A stretch of DNA of 63,861 nt from Aplysia californica (Eukaryota): positions 503,033 to 566,893 of the forward strand of contig NW_004797420.1 in assembly GCF_000002075.1 (NCBI RefSeq), read 5' to 3'. This document shows positions 13,293 through 26,900 of the stretch, piece after piece (the stretch's first letter is position 1; each line of letters opens with the position of its first letter). The notes beneath the pieces are model-generated. The model was not told where the DNA came from and made no database searches. It saw only the letters and a list, made by a program, of their open reading frames with translations. The position numbers were made by a program, and so were the translations under genes.

Positions 13293-13821
13293 CTGGAGAA
13301 TTACAAATATATTTTTTTGTTACCCAATATTTTATGTGCAAACTTCACACAGAAAACATGAGGATCTACTTAATTATCATAAAACTGGTCCCATTTTTAT
13401 TCACAGTTTAGCTAGTGTACATAAGGGTGCAAACAGTTCTAACATACACTCTAAGCATTATTCTGTTTTAAAAAGAAAGTATCTTAAAACATACACATAA
13501 GCATATAGATATAGCATGAGAATCTTAGAGTGTCGTAACAAAATATTAGTTAAGGTACAATAATGAACGCAATTGGGATTAAGGCTAAAAACAAATGGTG
13601 ACAATAATCTTGGCGATGAAGAGATAGGTGGATGGCTTTGAAACAACAATAATCTTGTGAACTTGAACAGAGTCTATATTTTATTTAAAAAACCCAACAA
13701 GCTGACAAACATCTTCTTATAATAATATGCTACTAACTGAAACTTAAAGACAAGAAAAAGGCAAGATATATGACATGTAATATATATGTTAAAGCATCAT
13801 AAATTTTAAAAATTACCATAC

Positions 13822-14467
13822 CTGTATTGGCATCTGCAGCCTTCATTTCTGACGCTAAAAGAGTGCGGGCTTGCGTATGAAGTGTGTGAAGTAAGTGGGC
13901 TTCGCACATTTGTAGAATGTTGAGGGAGAAGTTTGCCTTGGTCCAGTAGGAGGACTGAGTGAACCACTCCCACGTACTTATGGTCACTTGCTCCACTTTC
14001 TGACCACTCATGGCGCGATCTGAACTTACTGTAGCAGAATCTGTGTCCAAGCTTGGGTTTGTCCTGGACCTCGAATAAGTACAATCTTTATTGAGGGTTG
14101 GTTGAAGTAAAGAGACAAAATGTTTCAAGAGGTCAATGCTTCTCATTCGTCTCAACAGTCCTAGCATAAAACGTTTCTTCGAGTGATCTCCAAACCGAGC
14201 AAACCATTCTCGAAATTCTCTTATCTTCCGAGTGAGCAAGCAGCTCTCGCATTCTCCACACACCGTGAATCCAGCACCACTCACACATCTCAGATCTAGC
14301 GCTCGTCCTAAGTTGAATTCATTCTCTTCTTTGTAAGGCACTGGATGCTTCATGGATTCCGATAATACATTTGATGCAGTCAGGAAAATGTTGCCTGAAG
14401 AATTATTTTGGTTTCCAGCCATATTGAGTGTCTGGACAGAGTCAACTGGTTTCATGATTTCCAACAT
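13822..14467 (-). CDS. FBXW10: FBXW10/CDRT1-like F-box protein, first coding exon
   Basis: aaaaATG at 14467; motifs CGECESCLL..EWF..KRFMLGLL..KDCTYSRSR..WF..SYWTKANF.L.ILQMC match the FBXW10/CDRT1 N-terminus as I recall it; acceptor at 14505, donor ACAG|gtatgg at 13822 (phase 1). Confidence 0.85.
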
Positions 14468-15172
14468 TTTTGTAGAGGTTCAAATCCCTCTGGATCAGGT
14501 TAGAACTATAAGTAAAAAAAGGGGGATATTAATATTCATTTATATTGAGTGTACAATGTTTGGGCAATGATTTGCTCTTTTTTAGAATGCGAAAAGGCTT
14601 ATTTCAGTTCAAGATTTCCAAAGCTATTATTGTTATCGAGAAAAGAGAAACTTCATTTAAAAGATAGCTTAATTTTACATGTAAACAAAAGGTCTGCATG
14701 CATGCTCCTACACTGAATAAATCTTAGCTGAATAAACGACTAGCATTGCTCGACTTTAGATATCTGCACAGGTCTTGAGTTAAGTTATATAGTTGAACAG
14801 ATAATGATAATTGGACCGTAAATGGAATTAAGTGATGGGTAGAAGCACATCATCATATTTTTATGCTGAAAGAACGTCGGCAAGGATCAAGGATTGATCT
14901 GGGATTTAGATATAGATAATCTAGACTAGATCTAGATCTAGATTTAATAAATATAGATCTAAATCTAGATTAGATCTAATTATTTGTTTTAAGAAGTTAT
15001 AAAAAAAAAAAATCAAAACTTAAATGTCTTAAAGTAAAAAATATAAGGTTAAACAGTTAAGTCCAAGTAAACACAATTAGAAAAGGCACATCATGTTTCC
15101 AAATCAGTGAATTGATACACTTCAGTTCACCAAGCAGTCTGCTTAAAGTATAAACCTCCCCCGCTCATTCAC

Positions 15173-15260
15173 CTGAATATAAGGTCTCGCGACTACCTCG
15201 GTCATTGTTCAAATCGTCTTTCCACGACGCTGTCCCCAAGGAAACGACCTGGCGGTTTGT
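15173..15260 (-). other. Probable 5'UTR first exon of the FBXW10-like gene (5' end approximate)
   Basis: CpG-rich segment ending in CAG|gtgaat donor at 15173; the coding exon has an acceptor at 14505 upstream of its ATG, so an upstream exon is required. Confidence 0.55.
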
Positions 15261-15650
15261 AGTTCTCTCCCCTGGTAAATATCTGCATATCTAAATTATT
15301 TGAATATTTGTATTGAAGTCTATTTTTCAATGTTTTAAAATAATAAAAATGTAACAAAGTCCCTAAATTAAAAAAAAATTTTAGTTTGCAAAAGTCCAGG
15401 TTTATTGGCACCGGAAGCAACAGCTAAAACGAGACAGCGTGCTTAGCAACTGGAACCCTTCATGGTGTCTTTCAAAATGGAGGGACATCAGCAATGTTTA
15501 CCTTAGGTATCTAGCTGGTTAACTCGCAGCTAGAGCCTAAGATCTATCCTTTTAATCGGTTTTAATTATACTGTAACTTGTGATCTGTTGATAGCTACGT
15601 GCTTCAATCTTTTGGCCCTGTGAGTAAAGTTACAGACAAGAACAAGATGG
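15173..15650. promoter_or_regulatory. Bidirectional promoter shared by DNAH3 (+) and FBXW10-like (-), with RFX X-box motifs
   Basis: Divergent first exons within ~470 bp; GTCCCCAAGGAAAC (15232-15245; reverse complement GTTTCCTTGGGGAC) and GTGCTTAGCAAC (15439-15450); ETS-like CCGGAAG ~15411; local CpG enrichment. Confidence 0.65.
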
Positions 15651-15667
15651 CTTTGGAACGTGCAAAG
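15647..15667 (+). CDS. DNAH3: DNAH3 exon 1 (MALERAK)
   Basis: aagATGG context, AAG|GTGAGA donor, phase 0 compatible with exon 2. Confidence 0.65.
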
Positions 15668-18600
15668 GTGAGAACGACGTACCAAAATAGACTACTAATG
15701 AATCGCCCGTGTCACCGCCGTGTATTTGTGGAACGCATTGTAGGGCTTTAATAATTTGTTGAAAATCAGAGCAGGTGTTTATTTAATGAACATGACCGTA
15801 GAAATGTGAACCATTGAAATTGTTACTGCTTAAGCTAATGAATGCCATTCATTAGTAATAGTACTAATAGGGCAGGATTTTTTGTAGTAGTGTTGATGAT
15901 GAATGCCATGACCAATCTGAACTAAATACTAAAATTAATAAAAATTAAAATACATAGATCTATTAATTATTGTGTGATTTAGATATAGATCTAGATCTAA
16001 GTATGATTACTTAACAAACATGAAATTGGTGTGTTTTGAGAATTTTAAGAGTCAATAATACATTATAGATCTAGATATCTAGATCTAGATTAACTTACGT
16101 ATAAAATAAATATTATTAAATTATATTAATAATTAGATCCCTAGTGTTGATTATGCAAGTTATAAGACATAGATCTAGGCCTAGGCAAAAGCCTCCTGTA
16201 GCTTGATTATTATTAAATGGAATTTTAAACGAATCACCATTTCCAAATGGGAGTTGGGGAGAGCTGGGGGTAAGGAAATGGGAGTTGCTGAGTTAAGAGG
16301 AGCCGGGCAGAGGTTGGATTATAGGATCTGGCACATGTTACTTTGGGGGTTTGAACACAAAAGGAGTTGTTTGTCTTGGAGCAGGAAGCCTAGTAGTGTA
16401 TATATTTTAGCCTCTCACACAAATACACTCCACACACACACACATACACTCACACATACTTACACACACACGCATTACCATAAACATATGTGCGGGCTCT
16501 TTATGCACATATATGCAAACTAATACAGAATATGCACTCACACACATTATCATAAACATATTAAGTATATCCCACACAGGATATGTGTTTGGATATTTGT
16601 TTCTTGTGCATGGTGTTGGCTACATGTTCTTGAATTGACTCAAATATCCTTTATTCCCAGCTGTGTGAGACCCCTGTATTCAGCAGCAGTAAGGTAAGAG
16701 GTCTGCCTGGCCTACCTCCACTGCCTGCGGAGGGGTCTCGGGAGCCTTCTGACCTCTACAAGGTTAGTCTGTGTGATTAACTTTTTAATAAAGGAGGGTT
16801 TTGTTTAAATCTCTACAAAAATATTAAAGTTTGTGACTTTGTGAAATGCTGTTAAATGAAAATGAGAGTGTGTTAGTGGGTTGCTCATCAGAGCTTTAGT
16901 GGGGTTTACTCCTTAAAATTCTTTTATCATATATCTGTCATCGTAATCTGTACTTTTTTGTATGGACTCTCTAGCCTTTAATATTTGGCACTTAAATATG
17001 ACCTATTTATAAAAGTTCTTACTTAAACAAAAAAGACTAAAGAGTGTTTTTTTCTATTGTTATTTTTCTGAGCTCTTTTTACTAATGTTTTGTTCGATTG
17101 GGTCACTTAGGATATGCACAAAGCATGTTGTTGTTTTCAAATCCCTTTAGCTGCGAGCATTTCACTCTTGGCAGCGCAATGCCTCCCTCAAGAAACCACA
17201 TGTCCTTGTCATCTGGTCAACGCTAGAGTAGAGCAAGCTTTGTAAGTATAGGTGTGTGTAGGAGCCTGCGCCGAAGAACTGCCAGGTTTGGGCAGTGAGG
17301 GAGATGTTCAACGATCTCCTCATGGTAGTCACAGTGTCTGCAATGGGGTTCCCACACGGTGTTAATCCTGTTTATGTGCTTGCTGGTGTGTAAGTGTCCT
17401 GTGCGTGCTCTGAAGATCAATGTCTGAACGGCTCTACATAAGAGACTCAAAGGGTCTTTGGGGTTGGGTTGTCCATGTTACCCAGACAGAGATCTTCCTG
17501 TTTTTGCGTTGGCCCATCTGTTTAGCCCCTCGTCTCTGCTTTTGGCTTGGATAATCCCTCTGCAGGTCTGTAAAGAGGCGGCTGTGTCTGTCTTTGATAG
17601 CTCTTTTGCAGTCTCAGTCCCTGGTACTCCTGAATGGCCAGGCACCCACTGCAGTGTAACCCTGATGCCATAGGAAGTGCCCATCTGTTTTACCGAATGT
17701 TCCCGTCACCTCTGTAGTCTCCTCCTCTCTTGACGGCTTGGAGTACTGACATTCAGTCAGAGAAGACAACAACATCCCCTGGTGTTACTGCGCCTTCAAA
17801 AAAGTCTTGGGTCATCTGCTCTAGGGTCTTTACTATGGCAATTCTCTCTACGTCATAGTTGGAGTTGTATGTTCCACTTCGGCCAAATAGTTGGGTCTGC
17901 TTCTTCTCTCCAAGGTGTGTGCACGAGGCACAACTTCTTGAAGATGCCGGTATTGCTGTCATTCAACAGTTGAATTCTTTGAGATATCAAAAGTCTTCTA
18001 TCTTGTACAAGTTGGAATCTTATGACCTGTGAGATCTTCTTCCTCTCTTCTTCTGTAATACCCTACTAGAGATCAGGGGTTAACTTAACTCTGAGATCTT
18101 CATTCACAGTGCACTTCATTTTTACGAACATGGCCATTTTATCTACATAGATGTAATGTAGAATGTTCCCTTGTCTGACAGGCAGCCACTTGCCGTTTTC
18201 AAGAGTACTCTTGATATATACATAAATTGGGCAAGAATTAATTTTGAGTTTTGCCTGGATGACGCCGAAAAGGCCAACGCTTTTTGATTTTAGATCCATT
18301 TATGGATTTTTACCGCACAAAACTTCCATACAGGACATCCAAAATTTTTTGTCCCTATGATCCAAGAATACTTCTACCTACCCTTGGATCAAGGGTGTAG
18401 AGAACATGAGAAAAAAACCCAACACTTGTAGGAATTGAACTCCAGACCTCTGGATTGACAGGTGAACACCATATCTGGTGAGCCCCCACTTCCAAAATTG
18501 ATGAGCTATTTAATCTGTATGTGGTACCTTGATGTAGCTCGAGATGTTTAGATATGTGTTTTGTTTGCTATTGTTGTTGATGTATTTAACAATCTAGTAG

Positions 18601-20916
18601 CAGTTTAATGTAAGACCATCAACTTTTTTTGTAGATTGTTCTTCGGAACAGCGAGCACCCCCCTCTTATGAAAAGCACCTCATGGACTTTGGCTGCCCCA
18701 TTCAAAGAACAAAAATATGACAGAACTCCTAGCGAGTCTATCGCCAACGTGTACACTCCATCAGCCAGTGACCTGAAGATGAAAGAACTGGCAAAACTTG
18801 CCAGATCCAGAACTAAACGTAAGTAGATTTTATTTTTCTTATTTGTCTTTTTTTGGGGTTATTTGTCATATTCGCCATGATATAAATTTCAATATTGAAT
18901 AACTTTGTGTTTTCTAACACAACACCCACATATCAGTTTGTGAAAGTGTGATAAGTATACTGAATTACATTGCTTCTCAGAAATCTTGTTTCTACAAATT
19001 TATTAAATACGGTTACATGTTCTTTTATATTGAGTTGTTAATCTCAAAGCACATTGTGCTGGTCAAAGAATAGTAATTTTTATATTTTCTTATGTAGCAT
19101 TTTCAATCTCATTACCAGTGGTCAAAAAGTATTGTGCTGTTTTTCTCTATGATCGTACTGACATCTGAGAGTGGTTCATGTGATTTTATGCCAACTGCTT
19201 TGTTGATGTTTCAGTGGTCGTTCTCCCACCTATCACAGAAAACGGTATGGCTATCTAGACTGGTTTGATGACTAACACTGGTTGTGAATAATCTCTGCTT
19301 GTAGATTTTACATGCCTTGATGATTTGTTAAGTCCTATATATGTCTCTTAATTACAAACTCAAGTTAGTCCTTGAGCTAAAGTTATGCTATTCTTGAGTT
19401 TTGTGCAAAAGTCTTTGTTCCTTAAAAGAGGTTTAGTATTGACCGTACGATATTCTCGTACCTCAGACAAGTTTAAGTTTGTTCAGAACTCTGATATCCA
19501 CTTTTTAAAACACATCTGTTTTAATTATGATACATTCCTTCCCCCTTTATTGCTTTTCTTTTTTTTTTGTAACCTTTCGTGGTTCCTAAAGATATAAGGT
19601 TTTGAAAGCTTGACTGTTTTGGTATTTATCTATAATACTTTCACCTGTAAACTTATTTTGGTTTGGTTACACTGCCTGACTCAAGATCAACCAAATTTGC
19701 TTCAAAGCTTTTTGTGTTTTTTGTATGCTTTGCATTCAGACCAGGAGGTATTATAGAGTGATCAGCATTCTATGATAGTGGCCTTATACTCGTATAATAG
19801 TTTTCAGTTAATAGAAAAAAAACATCAGGATGTTATGCCTTTCCTTGACTGAGACTTTAGGGAATTTTTTCTTTATATAGCTCTGACATTTTTAGCACAC
19901 TTGTACTGTTTTATGGCATGTGGGAGGCTTTCGTTTAAGGAATGCCATGGTGGGTTATTTTTATTTTGGCCCAAGTCAAGTTTCGCCATTATTGTAGTAT
20001 GCTGACAAATAGCTCAGGCGTGGCCAGTAGAGTTGTACCTAAATAAATCAGATTTATTCAAATTCTAAAGACTGTCACATCTGATGTTTGGCTTTAAAAA
20101 AAAAAAGATTCCTTTGTGAGGTTTGAGCTTCAACACAAGCCTGTCATTTTGGGTCACTCTATGAGAAAGCAAACAGAATAGTTTTCCAAATAGTTGAATT
20201 GTGGACAGAAAAGTCACATGGTTTTAAGCTTTTGCTCTTCCCTTCACTTCCCCTTCACCCTTCTATTTGTTCACCCCCTCCTCCCCCTCCCCCCCCCCCA
20301 AACCTCTCCTTTGGTATATTCCTCACCACCCCAGGCTAATGAAATGGATTAGAAACAACAGTGGGGTTCTCTTGAAGTTGGCTGGGTTTTTCTGAGATTG
20401 TTTATGGTTCACTTCAGGTCTGGATGACTCGGAATTAGCCATGCCGTTTTTAAAACATAGTACTAAACTAATGCTGTTCCAAGTTGTGAAAGTTTGGGTG
20501 AGTCATCCAATTGTTAGAAGCTTTGTACTGCCTACTGGCATGTAGTGAGTTTATTCACTGACCCCCAACTCAGGTACAAGGGGGGGAGGGGTGGCAGGAT
20601 GAGGGGAGAGGGGTCTTGTAGGATTTTTACCCCAATAATACCTTGTCCTACTGGTGGCGGTGTGTTTTATTTTGACACAAATATATCATGCTTGTAGTTT
20701 TGCACTGTACCTGTAAAGCTGTGTTTAGTTTGCTTACGCTGCACTATTTTTGAGTCTCAACTAGTTCTGTGCTCAAGACTGAATTGTTCCATAAGTTTCT
20801 GCCAGTGTGCTGTGATGTGTAGTTTAGCAAAAATAAGTGCTAGAAATGGGATGAATTTGGTCCAGCCATTTGCCAGATGTGTTTGTATGTGTGTGAGTAT
20901 GTGTGTGTGTGAGAAT

Positions 20917-20972
<56 letters not shown>

Positions 20973-23900
20973 NNNNNNNNNNNNNNNNNNNNNNNNNNNN
21001 NNNNNNNNNNNNNNNNNNNNNNNNNNNNNNNNNNNNNNNNNNNNNNNNNNNNNNNNNNNNNNNNNNNNNNNNTGTGTGTGTGTGTGTGTGTGTATGTGTG
21101 TGTGTGCGCGCACGCATATTTTATAGTTCACTTATAAACAGGATGCACAAGTGTGAATTGAATATGAAAAGATTTATTTGATTTGTCCTTTGAGTGTTGT
21201 AGGTATGTTTTTCCTCCGAAAGTATCATGTTGTGCTAATATGCTGTCATGTTATTAACCGCATGAAAAATGTGTCAACATGAAAAAGTCAGTCTTAAATA
21301 TTCACAATAATAATCTCTTAATAATAGAGGCTTCTTCTGGATGGACTCTTATTTTACTTTGGGTGTAAATTCCATGTTTAATTTTGTTCTATCAAAAGAC
21401 TTAAAACTGATAAGAGATATTTTTGTTTTTGTTTGAAGTCCTATGAATGGAACCTGCTTCTGAATATATTCTTTTCTTTGTCAATTTGAGAAAAACAGAG
21501 TTATTTTCTTGATATCCAAACTGACATTTCTTTTTCTCTTTCAGGAGACAAAGTGTCATCTCCAAGGAGGAAGAAAAAGAGGCTGTCACCAGCTGATGAG
21601 TATGTGATTGTTTGAGTTGGAATAATTCTAGCAATGAGTAATTGCGTCTGTGAAGATTGACAGCTTTTCCTAGCAACCAGTTATAGGGTCTATGGGATAG
21701 AAATAATAAATAAAGTCTGTGTGGGTGGAAATCTTGTTCTAGCAACCTGGGAGGTTATAGTTAAGAGGATTGCCAGTGATATGTGTTTATCAGTGTCCAA
21801 ATTGTTTGTGCCGCGCTTTGCAAAAAGCTGAAGGACTGTGGTTGTTAAAACTGTTTGTACCATACGTACTGTGATCATTTTTGAGTCAGTGTCCAATTAA
21901 ATTTGTAAAACCATGGATATTTAAAAACAGCTTACTGCAGATCACATAAACCAACATCATGAGAGTTTTTATATCAAGTTTTGATAAATTTGAAAAGTTT
22001 GTTTAATTATTTGATGTGTTATTTGGGTTTTAGGCTCAATGCAAAAGTCTTTTGGCTTTGCAAGGCTGGAAAAAATGAATTATTATTTTTTTATACATGT
22101 GTTCAAAATCTTGTTTGAATGCTCTGGTTTTCTCCAGCATTTAAAAAAAATTTGTCTTTGCCAGAGAGGAAGAATTTGTGAAGGCAGAGCTTCCTCCCAG
22201 CCGACCCCTGACCCCAACTGAACAAATGGACATCATGGCAGCCATTGAGAATGAACAGATCAAGAATGTTGGTGAGCCTGCGGAGCGAGACCTTGAGGTA
22301 AAGCTTGCAGCAGGGGAGGCAACCTTTTCTTTCCCTGTAGATGGTGGACCAGATAAAGGCTGTAAAAGACTGAAATTCTTTACACTTTACACTGCCTCTG
22401 TGTTTACTATTCATCTAGCCAGTTTGAGCATGAAATGTTTGTGGGTTCCATTGATAGGTCCCACATCATGAATACTTATCTTTGTTTTAAATATGGATTT
22501 AATGGGAGGGGTTAGATGGATTCCACTGGTATGTATATTAAACATACACTGTGTTGAACTGTGTAAAAGAAGATGAATAAGAATGAAGACAACAGATATA
22601 GAATCAAATGTTCTTGTGCTCATCATTGGTTCATTGTGATATAGTTTTCTAATATTTCAACTATCCTGCCATTCCTCTTCCCATCACCATCCACCCACCC
22701 ACTTCCCCCCACCATCTTGTCGGGGCCCGTGATATTCTGTGTCCAGCGCTACTACTACTACATTCGTAAAGGCATTGCTGTGTCCATGTTGGCCCCACAA
22801 GAGAGCCAACAGCTGCGGAACATCGAACGTTTGGTTCCTGCCCACCTACTGACGGCCAAACATCTGCAGCCCATGTACAGTGACCTGCGTGAAGAGATTG
22901 CCAGCGACTACGAAATGAGTGCTCGCAAGTGCATTGGTCAGTGATACTTTGGTAGCTTGATCAAAGTCACTAACATAAAGATCGTGCTAACTTCCATACT
23001 GCCTTTGTCTTTGGTTTAGTGATTTGAGACAGACAGTTAAATAGTCCGTTGTTCATTTTTTGTTTCCTATCTACAAGTATAGTTGTCTAATTTATGAATC
23101 ATAGTAATCTTTTAAAGCCAGTTTTGAGAATCAAACTGTCCATTTAACTTTTCTTTAAACAACAGTCGAAGTCACGGGGAGATTTTTTCTCTCATAGTGA
23201 CCATCGGGTAAAAACCTTTATGGATACCTTAGTTTTGTGTTTTGTTACAGCTCCCGAGTTTTTGAGCTGGCTGCAGCAGCTCTGTTGGTTATCTGCTCGG
23301 CTAACATGGGGGAAGTTTAGGTTCAGTTGTTCCTGTGTGGTGCACTTCATCTGATCTCTAAGCTGCCACGAGGTACAAAACGCAATGGCCTTTCTCTGGT
23401 TTTTTCTCTAAATGAGTGGCTGTTATGATGTGTGAGTGTCTTTTGTGATGCACAAGTGTCTGTTAACATTGTGTTTGTCGTTTCAGTGGATTACATCCTA
23501 CAGGACAGCACAGAGAAGAAAAGACTGCACATTGAGTGGACACCAAAGCCATTCTCTCAGAAGTAAGTCTATTCTGTGTAATGGTTTTTACTGTGGGCCA
23601 AAGGAGTCAGATCTGCTCTTTTTTGGGATGGGGGAGGGACATTTGTGCTTATCAATCTTCACTTACTTTATTATTTGTGTCATGACGCGATGGAATCACG
23701 CTTTCATCAATTTTTGGGCATATGGAGTATTACCTTAAAGCTTATTCATTTGTTTTGCATTTGGCAAATATGTGCTATTGAAGGAGGTGGGGGCTCCTGG
23801 TGTCAGAGGTAAATTTAGTGAGAAAATGGCCGCCAAAGTTTCATGACTTCCAATGCTTGAGCGTTTTAGGAAAGTCAAATTAAACATTTTTTTGGTGCCT

Positions 23901-26900
23901 TCGATCAATGTTCTTCAGTAAAATTCACACAGAAATACGTTCTTAAATGGACATAGAAGGTGTTGAGTCAAAAAAGAAAATTCGAAAAAAATTGCCCAAC
24001 GACCAGAAAAATGCCGGTTTCCTTAATTACATGATTTTGATGAGTTCCTGATTTCACCACGTCGTTTCACATTTATTTATCAAGTTGGGTTACTTTGTTT
24101 GGCATGGGTTTTTTAAAATACAGTTGTATTTTGTTGTACTACAGTTTTCTAACCCATTTATTTATTTTATGATCTGGTTTGTGAGAGTTTTAAAAAAGGG
24201 GAGGGGCATGAAGCCAGCCAGCTTCATCTAGAATCTCATGTACAAGCTTCTTGCTTGTTGCCCTGTGTGTGTGTGTGTGGCGGGATTCACAGGAAGCTAA
24301 ACACCAGACAAAACTGACAATGTTAATCAGAAAAAAAAAACAATACCGTGTTATGGCTTTACATTCTTGACTGACCACATGCAGTAGTTTTGTGTTGCTG
24401 TTGGAAGTTTTTCTGGCACATATGATCTCTGCACATGAATGGCACTCCCTGCTTGTCAATTATCTTATAAAAGAGAGGGTCTCAGAGTTGAGATATTTTC
24501 CTTTTCAATTAGACATACAGCAGTTATGAGGAGAAATGTGCCTGTTATGCAGTTGAACTGTGTTTTTGAAAAATATTTCCAAGGCCCAGCCGACCTTCCT
24601 CAATCGTGGAATTTTTACCTTTTGTTATCTGTGGGGTGGGTAGTTCTGTAGTGTAGTATGCCTCATCTGCTTCTCATTTTCTGGGGTTTTTTTTGTCACA
24701 GTTTGGGTCCTAGCACAATGCAAGTCTTATTGGTCTCAGTTAGAATTAGATCCAACTGAAAGCTTTTGATAACAGTGATAATGGATTGTGGATGGTTGGA
24801 GGGTTCCCCGCATTTATCCACTTCTTTTCTTTCTCTTTATTGTTTCTGTCTGTCTGTCATGCTCTTTCACTACATGTAATGACCCTTTTTGTGTTGCAGT
24901 GCTTCTCTTTACTCTAACTCATAATAGATCACATTTATATAGCGCCTTTCTACCCTGTGAATGCTCAATTGACCTGTTGACCTGTTTAAAACTTTGTGTA
25001 ATTTCACAGAGTGATTCGTGCCCCTGTGCCCTGGCACTTCACTTATGCCAGCCGCAAGTCCTTCAATGAGCAGCACTTGTTCATCACCAACCCCATCATG
25101 CTGAAACTACAGTACCTGTGGTATAACGAGTAAGTGTACAGGACTTGAGGTTTTCATCTCGCCATTACAAAGTTTCATCTGTTTCAGAGAGTATCTTTTG
25201 AATGCATGCTCTCCCAATTTTGTACTTGCTTTTCTTTTCAATGTTGGTATTTTTCAATGAATTAGAATGTTTCACACATCTGTAGATCTCCCACTCAGTT
25301 TTTGTAGTAGGCATTGTTTTGTAATGATATACATTTTGGGGCATCTGAGGGCACTGTATGTGCTTAAGTAAACCAAAAAATGTGAGAAAATGCCAGTTAC
25401 AGTGAGTCAGTTTACATATATTAGATTGTATTTGATTTGTATTTTTATGAAACTGTTATTTTTCTCATAATAGCTTACTAACAAACAATCATTAGACAAG
25501 TGTTTTGGGGTCTGTTTGCCAGGTTTTGCCACCTGCGCTTTGTAAACCTGGACAAACTCCTGGCTGCTGACCTGCCCCTTCTGCCCATGGAGTTTGAGTC
25601 CTTAGTCAAGACGCAGTGCTGGGAGGCCCACGAGTTTCTCAGAAAGACGTGAGTCATGTGACCATCTTCTGCCCAGCCCTTGTCTCACTGTCTACAGCTC
25701 ACCTCTTCTCTTCTCTTCTTTTTTGCCATCACATTCACTCCAGCGCACCTCTTCTTTCACATTCTGCCCCACTCACACATTCTATGCACATCTTTAGTCT
25801 CACCCTCTCCAGCTCATCTTTTATCTCACCTTTTCTGGCTCACCTTTTGTCTCACCTTCTTTGGCTCACCTTCCCCTGGTCAGCTCTTCTTCCACCTTCT
25901 CCTGTTCATTTCTTTTTGCACATTCTCTTGAGTACACCTCTTTTCTCACCTTCTATGTCCGTTGACTTTCTTTTCACAGCACTAATTCACCTTTACAGGA
26001 CCCTCACCTACTTTTTCGTAATGTAATTTTTCCATTTTCGCCCTGAAAAGTCTTTATATTTCCTTTTGGACCCTTGTTTAAATGTTATAATTCCCTTGTG
26101 AACAAATAAAAATGTCTTGAGTATTTCCCTCTTCTCTTCATTTCATCATACCACATCCTGTCCTGGGTCATTCCAGTTGGATCCCAACATGCGCCAAGCT
26201 GTTTGTGGATTACAAGGAGGTGTGGCAGGACCTGGTTCCCCCGGGGGAGCGTGACAGTACCGACCTGGTCCAAGAGTTTTTCTCTTGTGTGGCCTCGCTC
26301 ATGTCTCTGCAGCTACGGTCCATGGTCATCAACTCGCTGTCCGACTTCCTCGACTTTTTCAAGCGTTACGAGGTAAGAACGGTCAAAGATAGTTCACTAA
26401 AAAATAGTTTTTTTTTAAGGGATGTATCTCTCTTAATGACATGAGTGTATCACTCTGTATGACGTATATCTGTTTGTATAATTTATGTAGAGTGGTCTCT
26501 ATTTAAGAATATTTTGCGTAGGAACACAGTCTGTTGAAAAACCTACTTTTACAGTGTAACAGAATTCTTCCACTATAACTTGCATCCTAAGAACCTGCCT
26601 AAACGTAGAAATCCTCCTAAGAACTCAATTTGAGCTCAGGGCAATACTTTATTTTGAGGTACTTTACCATATACTGCGCAACCTGGGTGAATGGAGAGGA
26701 GTTGGCGTGAAATTTGATAATGAAATTTGCATGCTACACAGAACGTTATTTTAGGCAAACAGGTGAGCTCTGCCTAGCAGTCATTTGCCGAGTGTTTTTC
26801 AATTGCTACAATCACTCTCTCCTCTCATGTGGTCAAAGCATCATTATCATCATCATAACAAGAGACAAAATTCCAGTGCAATCTATGTGTTTCTCTCTGT

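Noticed and set aside
15462-15506. ATG-initiated mini-ORF with TAG|gtatct donor as an alternative DNAH3 start
   Set aside because: Ends in an in-frame stop or an incompatible phase; at most a non-coding alternative first exon.
19740-19747. Possible 8-nt microexon cag|ACCAGGAG|gt
   Set aside because: Would break the frame between exons 3/3a and 4-5; weak donor.
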